From: an uncultured Bacillales bacterium
GTDB lineage: Bacteria > Bacillota_I > Bacilli_A > RFN20 > CAG-826
DNA: 50,613 nt
Reading direction: 5' to 3'
NCBI GenBank assembly: GCA_937892755.1
Contig: CALBHT010000027.1
Span: 1 to 50,613 of the forward strand
Below, piece after piece: positions 34,859 through 44,800 of the stretch; within the stretch, counting starts at the first letter, position 1, and every line of letters starts with the position of its first letter. The translations under genes and the position numbers were made by a program. The notes beneath the pieces were generated by a model, which saw only the letters and a program-made list of their open reading frames with translations, was not told the origin of the DNA and did not search any database.

Positions 34859-35461
34859 GTGGAGTGGCTAGGGCTATCTTTTGTTTTCGGAATTGCTTTG
34901 GCGATGGATTGTCTCGCCCTCTCGGTTTCTGATGGGCTCGTTTATCAAAATTTAGATAAGAAAAAACCGTTTTTCATTGCTGGCGTTTTTGGCCTTGCGC
35001 AAGGTATTTTTCCTCTCATAGGCTTCCTCCTAGGTGAGGTGGTCGCGAAGCAAATTGATAAATATGATCACTGGATTGCCTTCGCCCTATTGCTCATTAT
35101 CGGTGGAAAGATGCTTTTCGAAGGAATCAAAGGATCGATTAAACCAGAAACGAAAGAACCAAAGAATTTCTCATATGGTGAAGTGTTATTGCAAGGCGTG
35201 GCCGATTCTATTGACGCTTTAGCGGTTGGCATCACAATTCGGACGAACATTCATGCGACTGCCGATTACCAAGTTTATATCGCTTTCTTAGTGATTGCTT
35301 TTTGCTCTTTTGTGATTTCTCTCGTTGGATTATTCCTAGGGAAACAGATTAACAAATTGCTAAAAGGCAAATATGAAATCAGCGAAATTATTGGTGGCGT
35401 CGTTCTTGTCGTTTTGGGGACTTTGTTGTTACTTGAAGGTCTAAATGTTATTTCTTGGTAA
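34859..35461 (+). CDS. mntP: Manganese efflux pump MntP
   Basis: Duplicated DUF204 motifs LAMDCLALSVSDG and VADSIDALAVGI, with six TM segments. GTG start with GGAGG 11 nt upstream. Confidence 0.82.
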   Translation: MEWLGLSFVFGIALAMDCLALSVSDGLVYQNLDKKKPFFIAGVFGLAQGIFPLIGFLLGEVVAKQIDKYDHWIAFALLLIIGGKMLFEGIKGSIKPETKEPKNFSYGEVLLQGVADSIDALAVGITIRTNIHATADYQVYIAFLVIAFCSFVISLVGLFLGKQINKLLKGKYEISEIIGGVVLVVLGTLLLLEGLNVISW

Positions 35462-35487
35462 TACCCTTATAATATGAATCATAAGAT

Positions 35488-37461
35488 ATGAAAAAGAATC
35501 GGATTAAATTCTTGATTGGTGGCATTGCGCTCTTATTGGGCGCGTGTTCTCCAACGACCGGAAGTATCGGCTCTTCTGTTTTTTCTTCGGAATCATCTTC
35601 TTTTCTTTTTTCCGAATCCAATTCTTCTTCAATTTCTTCCCAGGAGTATTCTTCTTCACATAGTTCTTCCATCGAGTCAAGGTCGAGTCAGGTTTGTTCT
35701 AGCGAAGATGAAAGACCATCCTCTTTTTATTCCGAAAATAGTTCCTATGATTATGTTACTTTTCCAACCTTTGATTGGAATGAAAAAGTCACTTCCTTTG
35801 ACGAAGAAGGGAAAGCGATAGTCCATAATGAATACGCTTCTTTTTGTATCGAAAAAGGATACACGGGTACTCTATTTTCTTTAGCAAAAGGCGGTTTTTT
35901 CGCAAATTCGACGCCTCTTACTTATGTGCTTGGGATAAAAGTTCATTATGAGCGGACCAGTGAATATGGATGCCTTTATTATCGGACCAGTGATTATTCT
36001 ATTTCCTCGCCGAATAGCGCGATTCTCCCCCTCCCTGACAACCAAGTCATCACGTTCGGCGATGGGGGTTACCCTTATTTTGCGATTTATGCAGCGGTGG
36101 GAAGTTTCGATATCAAAAGTCTTTCCGTTATTGGTACCGAGGAGCGAGCAGAAAAAACTTCGGACGATATTGATTTATACACCGTCAACGACGTCCATGG
36201 TGCGATTGATTACGACGTGCAATCGGGAAATAAGCAAATCGGCGCGAGTAGAATGACAACCTATTTTGCAAATAGAGGCCAAGAAAACAAAGACGGGAGT
36301 ATTTTCCTTTCAAGTGGTGACATGTGGCAAGGCAGCGCCGACAGTAACATGACAAGAGGGAAAATTGTCAATGAATGGATGAATATGGTTGGTTTCGAGG
36401 GCATGGCATTGGGGAATCACGAATTCGATTGGACCCCAAAGTCGATTGAAGAAAATGCCAAAGAAGCAAATTTTCCTTTTTTGTGCATCAATTTGCGGGA
36501 CCCCGATGGAAAGCAGCCATCATGGGTTTCTTCCAGCAAAACGATTCTTCGCCAAGGCGTGAAAATTGGGATCATCGGTGCGATTGGGAAACTCGAATCA
36601 TCCATTGAAAAGAATTGTTTATCCGGTTATTCATTTGCCTCCAATTATGATTCTTTAGTTCGCGAAGAAGCGAGACGCCTTCGCTTTGAAGAAGGGTGTT
36701 CGCTCGTTTTCCTTTCGCTTCACGATTCCGATTTCAACACCGCGAATTGCCATAATATCGATGCGGTATTAGAAGGACATACCCATATGGGCTATAGCAA
36801 GATTGATTCGTACGGCATCCCACATGTGCAATGCTATGGCAATGGCTCTATGATTCAACACCTAAAATTCAAAAAAGGTGCGGACGGGGTATACAAATTC
36901 GATTCCAGCAATGCTTTTGATTATTTGTCTTCGTCCTCTCTTGAAATGAACGTTCCTTTTGAAGAAATGAATGCCTATTTCTCTTCTCAGATCGAAACTG
37001 TCAAATCCAGAGTGATCGGTACCGCGAGCCACACTCTTTCTAAACCAGAAATCGGAAATATTGGCGCGCAATCTCTTTATCGCTACGCTAAGAAAAAATA
37101 CCCAAATTACAGTATTGTGGCCGCTTTCATTAATACGTATGGCGTCCGTCAAACGGTAAGTGCGGGGAATGTTACCTTTGGTGATATCTATTCCGTATTC
37201 CCCTTCGATAACACAAACAATTTATGCACGATTACGGGCCGCAATTTGCGGAAGAATTTCATCAATAGCTCCTATTACTATTCCTATTTTGAGAATCAAA
37301 ACGATATCGATTCGTTGGAAGCAAATAAACGCTACTACGTAATGACTTTATCGTTTGTGAGCGACGGAAGTTATGGGTGGCCGCTTACGGTGAAAGAACG
37401 AGACGATTATTATTTGCGAAATATTGTCGCCGACTATTTTGCGGAGATTGTGAATGGCTGA
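35488..37461 (+). CDS. Surface lipoprotein with 5'-nucleotidase/metallophosphoesterase domains
   Basis: Lipobox LLLGAC, a ~60-aa Ser-rich linker, and metallophosphatase motifs NDVHG, GDMWQG, GNHEFD and GHTH, followed by a 5'-nucleotidase C-terminal-type region. Confidence 0.78.
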   Translation: MKKNRIKFLIGGIALLLGACSPTTGSIGSSVFSSESSSFLFSESNSSSISSQEYSSSHSSSIESRSSQVCSSEDERPSSFYSENSSYDYVTFPTFDWNEKVTSFDEEGKAIVHNEYASFCIEKGYTGTLFSLAKGGFFANSTPLTYVLGIKVHYERTSEYGCLYYRTSDYSISSPNSAILPLPDNQVITFGDGGYPYFAIYAAVGSFDIKSLSVIGTEERAEKTSDDIDLYTVNDVHGAIDYDVQSGNKQIGASRMTTYFANRGQENKDGSIFLSSGDMWQGSADSNMTRGKIVNEWMNMVGFEGMALGNHEFDWTPKSIEENAKEANFPFLCINLRDPDGKQPSWVSSSKTILRQGVKIGIIGAIGKLESSIEKNCLSGYSFASNYDSLVREEARRLRFEEGCSLVFLSLHDSDFNTANCHNIDAVLEGHTHMGYSKIDSYGIPHVQCYGNGSMIQHLKFKKGADGVYKFDSSNAFDYLSSSSLEMNVPFEEMNAYFSSQIETVKSRVIGTASHTLSKPEIGNIGAQSLYRYAKKKYPNYSIVAAFINTYGVRQTVSAGNVTFGDIYSVFPFDNTNNLCTITGRNLRKNFINSSYYYSYFENQNDIDSLEANKRYYVMTLSFVSDGSYGWPLTVKERDDYYLRNIVADYFAEIVNG

Positions 37462-38302
37462 GTGGGGGTTAGCGATTCAAGGGGGTGGAATCCGTGCGGC
37501 ATATGCGGCTGGAGCTGTCGATGCTTTAATGGAAAATGGGCAATTTGCATCCATTTGCTACGGAACTAGCGCTGGCGCGCTTATTGGAGCCAATTATTCC
37601 GCACGTGAATTAGGGAGAACGCTCGCGATTATGCTTAAGGCGATGCACGATCCTCGTTTCGTCTCTTTAGGGCATTTTTTGACAAAAGGGAATTTCTTTG
37701 ATTTTTCTTGGCTTTTTCATGATGCCACAACTCTTTTTCCCTTTAACGAAGAACGTTTCTTTCATTCTTCTACTGATTTTTACGCAGTGTCCACAAATTG
37801 TGTTTCAGGAGAAGCCATTTACTGGAGCAAAAATGACGAACGCTTTTATGATGGCCTTGCCTCCAGTTGTTCTCTTCCCATGTTCACGAAAAAGCCAATT
37901 ATGGTTCACAATGTCCCTTGCTTGGATGGTGGTATTGTGGAACGAATTCCGTTTCACAAATTGTTGAAAGATAATGTGAATCCACTCGTGGTTGTGACAA
38001 CACACCCAAAGGGCTTCCGATATGGCGAAATAAGTCCAATCGAGAAAAGCATTGTAAAAGATCGCTTTAAAGAATACCCCGTTTTTGTGAAGTGTGCTCT
38101 TCAAAACCACATTTTGTATAACGAGCATATGAAAGAACTTGAAAGATTAGAAGACGATGGGCGTGCTATCGTGGTTTGGCCATCCAAAGAAATCGACATC
38201 GGATTTTTCGAGTGGAGAAAAAAGAAAATCATGCCTTTATATGAGCTTGGGAAAAAGGATTGTGAGCAACTTTTGGATAAAATAAAGAAAACTGTTCGCT
38301 AA
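37454..38302 (+). CDS. Patatin-like phospholipase
   Basis: Oxyanion GGGIRAAY, nucleophile GTSAGA and a catalytic Asp in LDGG. The start overlaps the upstream stop by 8 nt. Confidence 0.85.
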   Translation: MAEWGLAIQGGGIRAAYAAGAVDALMENGQFASICYGTSAGALIGANYSARELGRTLAIMLKAMHDPRFVSLGHFLTKGNFFDFSWLFHDATTLFPFNEERFFHSSTDFYAVSTNCVSGEAIYWSKNDERFYDGLASSCSLPMFTKKPIMVHNVPCLDGGIVERIPFHKLLKDNVNPLVVVTTHPKGFRYGEISPIEKSIVKDRFKEYPVFVKCALQNHILYNEHMKELERLEDDGRAIVVWPSKEIDIGFFEWRKKKIMPLYELGKKDCEQLLDKIKKTVR

Positions 38303-38333
38303 TTTTTAAGACATTTGTCTTATAATTCTTTCG

Positions 38334-39422
38334 ATGAACAAAAACGACAGAAAAGCGCATCGAGGAAAAAGAGGGTTAGTGAACCCCAATAGAATCAAAA
38401 CATTTTTGGTGTACAAAGAATGTGAGTTACTTCCATTTTTAGAACTTAAAATGCCTGGATTAAATCGTTCACAAATTCGGCACATTATCGCGAATCAACA
38501 AGTTTCTGTCGGCGGTGCTCCCACGACTCTTTTCACTTTCAAGCTATACCCCGAAGACGAGGTTGTCGTGAGCTATGACCGCATTGCGAGAAGGAACCGT
38601 CATGACCTTCCGATTCTTTTTGAAGACGACGACATCATCGCGATTGATAAGCCATCTGGCTTACTTTCCGTAGCCACGGAGCGAGAAAAAGGGCATACGG
38701 CTTATCGTCTTGTGAGTGATTATGTAACGGCAAAGAATCATGACGCGCGCATTTTTGTCGTTCATCGCCTTGATGAAGATACGTCAGGCGTTCTCGTCTT
38801 CGCTAAAAAGTACGAGGTGAGAGAGGCCCTTCAAAATCATTGGCAAAGCATTGTGAAGAAGCGGGGTTATTACGCAATCGTTGAAGGGGAGGACATCCCC
38901 GATTCTATGCATTTAGAAAATTATTTGGCGCAAGATAATTTCCAACTCGTTTATGTCACAAAAAACAAAGTGAAAGGAAAACTTGCCATCACCGACTTTA
39001 CAAAAATAGCATCGAAAAACGGATATTCTCTTCTTGATGTGAATATTTCTTCTGGAAGAAAAAATCAAATTCGCGTTCAATTAGGGCATCTTGGGCATTA
39101 TGTTATCGGTGACGATAAATATGGAGAGCCATCTGATCCTTTGCATCGATTGGGGCTTCATGCTTACGAACTTGCGTTCATAAACCCTTTAAATGGCAAA
39201 GAATACGATATCCAAAGTCCGATTCCAACATCGTTCAAAAGAATGATCTGGGGGAATGATAAAGAAAAAAAGGAGGTAGCAAAGAATGGAACAAGAAAAC
39301 GTTTCACCGAGTCCAGAGACGATTCCAGTACCCGTCGAAGCGAAATTGGATTCCGCTCAAGAAGAAACGGGGAAATCCGGAAGTCCCAAGCAGGGAAAAA
39401 ACAAAAAGCACAAAAAAGATAA
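38334..39422 (+). CDS. RluA-family pseudouridine synthase with an N-terminal S4-like region and a basic C-terminal tail
   Basis: Catalytic HRLDEDTSGVLVFAK and SGRKNQIRVQL. The last ~45 residues are R/K-rich and are encoded in the 137 nt that overlap the next gene. Confidence 0.85.
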   Translation: MNKNDRKAHRGKRGLVNPNRIKTFLVYKECELLPFLELKMPGLNRSQIRHIIANQQVSVGGAPTTLFTFKLYPEDEVVVSYDRIARRNRHDLPILFEDDDIIAIDKPSGLLSVATEREKGHTAYRLVSDYVTAKNHDARIFVVHRLDEDTSGVLVFAKKYEVREALQNHWQSIVKKRGYYAIVEGEDIPDSMHLENYLAQDNFQLVYVTKNKVKGKLAITDFTKIASKNGYSLLDVNISSGRKNQIRVQLGHLGHYVIGDDKYGEPSDPLHRLGLHAYELAFINPLNGKEYDIQSPIPTSFKRMIWGNDKEKKEVAKNGTRKRFTESRDDSSTRRSEIGFRSRRNGEIRKSQAGKKQKAQKR

Positions 39423-40995
39423 AGACAGCGCGCTGATTTTTTGGATTAAAAAGTTCTGGGAGTCTCTTATTTGCGTCCTCCCTATCATTGTCGTCGTTTG
39501 CATTTTAGCTGGCACGCTTCCTCTAATGACTGGCGAAGGCGTGATGGAATGGCCGGAAATCGTTTGCTTTTTAATCTGCGCGCTTTTGATTGCTCTCGGC
39601 CTTACGTTTTTCAATAATGGCGCGGAACAATATATGTCCAAAGTCGGCACGATTATCGGTGAGACTTTGTTCAAACAGAAAAAACTGGTTCTCGTCATTT
39701 TGATGACATTTATCATTGGCGTTTTGGTGACTATTGCTGAACCTGATCTTAAAGTCATGGCGGATCAAATTGGTTGGAATGAACAATTGCTTATCGTTTC
39801 CGTCGGCGTTGGTGTCGGCCTTTTCGTGGTTTTTGGTGTCCTCCGCATTCTTTTCAAAAAGAATCTCAATGTCATGTTTATTTGTTTCTATGGCATCGTT
39901 TTTGCTCTTGCGGGCATTGTGAATCCAAAGTTCTTACCGATTTGTTTTGATTCAGGCGGTGTTACGACCGGACCAGTTACCGTTCCGTTTATTCTTGCCT
40001 TTGGCGCAGGCTTGGCGGCGAGTAAGAAAAGCGATGACGGCGCAGGGGATTCCTTCGGGCTTACCGCTTTGGCTTCGGTAGGTCCTATTTTAACCGTCAT
40101 GGTTCTTTCTCTTTTTGAGCAACCGGATACACTGATTTATCACGAAGTTGTCGTTCCCATTGATTTCTCGAGCTGGGAAAAGTTTTGGCCGACCTTCCAA
40201 AGCAATCTGCTTGGTCATTTTGTAGAAGAGCTCAAAAACGTTGCGATTGCTATCGCTCCTGTATTCTTTTTCTTCATTATTTATAACTTCATTTTCGTTC
40301 GTATTTCTTTGAAACAAATCCTCCGAATTCTTGTCGGTCTTGTTTATGCCTATATCGGCTTAGTAATTTTCTTAGGGGCCGTGAATACGGGCTTTTTACC
40401 TGTCGCTAATCAGATTGGCAAATATGTTGGCGCTCATGAAAACCTCTATCCGATTGCCATTATCACGGGCGCTTTATTCGGCTTATTCGGCGTTCTTGCC
40501 GAGCCTGCCGTTCACGTCCTTGTTCACCAAATTGAAACAGTCAGTGAGGGGACGATTAAGTCGAAAACGGTGCTTTGTGCACTTGCTTTAGCTATCGCAG
40601 GCGGCGTTGCTTTGGCGATTGTTCGCGCTCACTTTTCTTTCAGTATCTTGTATTATATGGTTCCGGGATACATTATTGCCCTTGCTCTCTCTTTCCTCGT
40701 TCCGAAGATTTACACTTCAATGGCATTTGACTCAGGTGGCGTTGCAAGCGGCCCTATGGCATCCACGTTCGTTATGCCGTTTTGCATCGGCTTTACAATT
40801 TCTCAGCACGGCACCGATTACGTATATCAAGATGCTTTCGGCTGCGTTGCTATGATTGCGCTTATGCCGTTGATCGTCATTCAACTCGTTGGTTTGTGGG
40901 CTGGGCTCAAGCGCGCCTTTATTTACCGCCGTGCTCGTCAGCGTTTCATCGAACCCAACGATATCCAAGTGATCCACTTTGAGGAGGAATTATGA
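39286..40995 (+). CDS. Polytopic membrane protein made of two DUF1538 repeats
   Basis: Two homologous halves each carry AEPxxxVxxxQI (aa 151 and 405) and FDSGGV(T/A)(T/S)GP (aa 221 and 481). AGGAGG lies 7 nt upstream of ATG 39286. Confidence 0.75.
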   Translation: MEQENVSPSPETIPVPVEAKLDSAQEETGKSGSPKQGKNKKHKKDKDSALIFWIKKFWESLICVLPIIVVVCILAGTLPLMTGEGVMEWPEIVCFLICALLIALGLTFFNNGAEQYMSKVGTIIGETLFKQKKLVLVILMTFIIGVLVTIAEPDLKVMADQIGWNEQLLIVSVGVGVGLFVVFGVLRILFKKNLNVMFICFYGIVFALAGIVNPKFLPICFDSGGVTTGPVTVPFILAFGAGLAASKKSDDGAGDSFGLTALASVGPILTVMVLSLFEQPDTLIYHEVVVPIDFSSWEKFWPTFQSNLLGHFVEELKNVAIAIAPVFFFFIIYNFIFVRISLKQILRILVGLVYAYIGLVIFLGAVNTGFLPVANQIGKYVGAHENLYPIAIITGALFGLFGVLAEPAVHVLVHQIETVSEGTIKSKTVLCALALAIAGGVALAIVRAHFSFSILYYMVPGYIIALALSFLVPKIYTSMAFDSGGVASGPMASTFVMPFCIGFTISQHGTDYVYQDAFGCVAMIALMPLIVIQLVGLWAGLKRAFIYRRARQRFIEPNDIQVIHFEEEL

Positions 40996-41846
40996 GCGAA
41001 GATAAGAAAATAGCTTTCATTGTTCGGAAATCCTCGCCCAAAAATGAAGGGAGCGTTCTCGCGAACGAGAAAAAAGCTGAACCATCTATGGGCGAAGGAG
41101 AGAATTTCGTCCCCTACGAAAAAGAACATCATTTAGAGAAATTAGGCATCGTCATCACAGTCATTAATGACGGACAAGCCAGCGCGATTGTGAATCTTTT
41201 CGATGGTGTCAATAGTGCTGCAAGTTTTATTACGCATGGCGAAGGAACGGCACAAAGCGATTTGTACGACGTTTTAGGCTTCGGCGAACAAAAGAAACAA
41301 ATTATCTTTTCCACGATAAAGCGCCGTGACTGGCCAACAGTGGGTGAATTATTAAAGGAAAGATTTTCTATTTCTCGCGCTGCGAAAGGCATTTCTTTCA
41401 TGCTCGATATCAACGCGGTTGCGGGTATCAGCACCTATAAATTTCTCACAGATCGAAGGATTGAGCCCAAAGAGGCGGAAAGGGGTATAACCCAAATGGA
41501 TAATGCGAAAAAATACGAAGTCATCTTTGCCGTTGTAAATAACGGTTATACGGATCTTGTCATGAACGCCGCGAAAAGGGCCGGCGCAAGAGGTGGCACG
41601 ATTATCAATGCCAGAGGCACAGGGAATAAAGACATTGAAAAATTCTATGGTGTTGTCATTTCTCCAGAAAAGCAGATTGTAATGATTTTGGTTCCGAAAG
41701 AGATTCGCGACGCCGTTTTAGAGCAAATTACCGCAGAAGTGAACATTCACTCCAAAGGGCAGGGAATTGCGTTTTCTATGCCAGTCGATGGCGTTATTGG
41801 CATTACAAGCGAAGAGAATGAGGGCCAAGAGGAGCGCGTTCAATAA
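40992..41846 (+). CDS. Soluble protein with two PII-like (GlnB-fold) domains
   Basis: The second half, YEVIFAVVNNGYTDLVMNAAKRAGARGGTIINARGTGNKD...KQIVMILVPKE...GIAFSMPV, reads as a PII fold with a T-loop. The first half is a degenerate copy. An ATGA overlap couples it to the DUF1538 gene. Confidence 0.68.
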   Translation: MSEDKKIAFIVRKSSPKNEGSVLANEKKAEPSMGEGENFVPYEKEHHLEKLGIVITVINDGQASAIVNLFDGVNSAASFITHGEGTAQSDLYDVLGFGEQKKQIIFSTIKRRDWPTVGELLKERFSISRAAKGISFMLDINAVAGISTYKFLTDRRIEPKEAERGITQMDNAKKYEVIFAVVNNGYTDLVMNAAKRAGARGGTIINARGTGNKDIEKFYGVVISPEKQIVMILVPKEIRDAVLEQITAEVNIHSKGQGIAFSMPVDGVIGITSEENEGQEERVQ

Positions 41847-41869
41847 TCCGCTCCGCGGAGAATTTCAAT

Positions 41870-44800
41870 ATGGAAACCACCGTTTCGTTAGAAGAGCTCA
41901 GGAAAAAACAAGAAAATCCTTTTTTGGGTTGGATTAAGAAACACACCCCATGGCTTTTAAACTGGAAGAGTTTGTTTTGGTTCTTCGTGTTTGTTTTCGC
42001 GTTAGGAATCCTTTGGATGGGGTATTCGCTCATCACCAATAGCGGCACTCAACTCTATGGATGGGATTATTCGAGTCAATATACCCAATTTGCTTACCGC
42101 TTTTACGATGAGTGGCATTATTTTTTCAAAACAGGCGTATTCACTTTATACGACCCGTCTACTTTCTTCGGAACGGACAACATCGGATCGAATAGCTATT
42201 ATGGTCTATTCGATCCCTTTGTTTTCCTTTGCGTGCTTTTCCCTCGCCAATCCGTTCCTCAGGTTTTTGCTTTCGCCGCATGTTTAAAAGGAGCGATAGG
42301 GGCGCTTACCATGCGTGCTTATCTCCGTTACATGGGGGTCAGCGAAAAAAGCGCACGCGTTGGCGCGACGGCTTTCGCTTATTGCGGGTATCTTAATTTC
42401 ATGGTCGGCTTCCCTAGCACGGTCAGCATGTGTCTTACGGTTCCGCTTATCCTTTTAGGAATTGAAAAAGTGATTCGTGAGAGGAAACCAACGACTTTAA
42501 TTCTCGGCCTGTTTTTGCTTGGCGTTATTTCTTTCTTCTTCCTCGTTGTTTTATGCATCTTTGGTGTCTTATATGCTTTGTGGCGCTTCTTTTGGACCAT
42601 TAAAAAGAGAAACGCAAAAGAGAATTGGTACGTCATTGGTTTAGGAATCGCTTCTTTCGCACTAGGGCTCATGCTTTGTGCTTGGACGCTTCTTCCCTCT
42701 TTACGCGAGACCTCTCTATCTGGAAGAACTATCTCTATTGGTGCGGCTTATTTATCTTCTTTGAAATCTGCTTTTTCTCGCTTTGATGTTGGTGCGGCTT
42801 TCTCCCTTCTTTTCCAAATGGTCGGGGGCAATAGTAGTCGTGAACTTATGGGTTTAGTGAGCTTCTTTTATCCTACTTGCAATTACTTGTGGCTCCCACT
42901 TATTCGAAGCACGACGGATTACGCTTATGACGCGTGGACGGCCTCTCTATTTTGCTATACACCGATGGTGATATTCTTCATTTATCAATTGATTGGCACA
43001 GTTCACAAAAAAGATTGGGAGAACATCATTGGCTTTACCATTTGCGCCTACTTTGTCTTTACGACATTCGCTTATTATTTTTTCTATGCTTTCACAGGAG
43101 ACGGCTACGGAAGATGGTTCATCGTTTTGGTTCCACTTATTATTCGAGAGGCTTGTAAAGGCATCGATAATATTAAGAAGAATCCGGATTGGCAGCTTCC
43201 TCTAGCTTCCTTGTTTGCGTGCTTAATGACGGTGCTCACTTTCTTAATTACGAAAGAGGCTCTATCGGGTAAACAGATTAATTGGATCGGGTTCAGCTCC
43301 TATTATTATGAAGAATTCAATGTTCCAGCGATTGTGAACGGCAATAGCCTTATGTGGGTTGTCATCTATCAGATATGCTTGACGTTCATAGAAGTGGTCG
43401 TCATTTATTTCTTACGGAACAAAAACGCACTGCATTATGTTCTTACTGGTTTCATCGCTGTCGAAATCATCGTCTCTGGGAATATGAGCTTTGCTTATGG
43501 CAGCTCTTGGAGCTATGCAAGAAGCTACAACGGGGGCGAGAAGAACGCTTCTTTGCTCTTAGATGCGACCGAGCACATGAACGCGCAAGATAATTCCTTT
43601 TTCCGTACCTACCAAGAAGGAACATCAGAGAAGAATGCTTCGATGGCTTTTCAATATAATGGTTCCAGTAATTTCCATTCCTTATTTAATTATGACGTTG
43701 CGGAATTGGGGCGCTTCTCCCATATTGTCGGGAATGAGCGTGTCTATGGCCCAGTTTATGGAGAGATGATTACGAACAAAACGTGGAGTGGTTATTACGC
43801 CAACAAACGGGCGGATTTTGATTATGCCATGGGCTACAAGTATTACATTATCCGCAACGAAGGATATGGCGATTGGGAGAAAGACGAAAGCTACGCCTAC
43901 AACGTTCCTTTTGACTCAAAAATTATTTACCAGAATGAGCGTTTCCGCGTTTATCAAAGCCCTTATTCGAATGCCTTTGGTCACGCGTTGGATCACGTTT
44001 ATTCCATAAAAAAAGTGGAAGACTCTTCTATTGCCAACCACTCGAATTTCTACCGCAATTCTTATGGGACTGACGCTTATAAAGAAATTGCTCGCAACGA
44101 GGAATGTTATCTTAATGGAGCGATTTTCGGAGAAAAGGACGAACTTCCGCAGGGATTTTCGAGCATTGAATCGCCAGTTACCTTCTCTACTTATACGAAT
44201 TTAACCGACTCTTTGACAGCAACCAAATATACGACTAAAGCAGGATATGGGTTTCATTATGAGGACCCAGGAAGTTTCCTAAATGACTCTAGCGTTTGGG
44301 AAAAGAATCCGGATACGAGCGCAACCAGCATCCGTTATGGGCAAGACGATGACAAAGTTGTTTGGAAAAGGGTAGATGGCCAATATTTTAACGAAGATAA
44401 TAATGGTGCTTATTTCCTGCTTGGCTATAATTCGAATGCTCGTACACGTATTTATATGATTGGCGATACATTCGATGAATTTGGCAATTTGCTCAAAGAA
44501 AATGCTCTTTTAAATTATGAATATTGGGCAGTCAGCAATCTGATTACAAGCGGTACTTCCTCATACGGCGGTTTGTATGGTTTTTATGCACCAGGAAAAG
44601 TTAAGGCGATTGTCTATTGTAGAAAGAAAGAAGGGAATGGGACAGAAGTCGCTCCCCGTCCGTTCTTATTGAAACAAGAACGTTCCGTTTTTGATGAACG
44701 GTTCAACCGACTTTCGACGAACAAAGAATATGCATTGACGGATGTTACATATTCTCCAAACAAATTTTCCTTCAAGTCCTCTTTCTCTAGCCAGCGGATC

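Noticed and set aside
37454-38302. Patatin as a CBASS-type (CapV-like) defence effector
   Set aside because: The neighbourhood has no CD-NTase/cyclase, no Cap2/Cap3-like genes and no other defence genes. The context is housekeeping.
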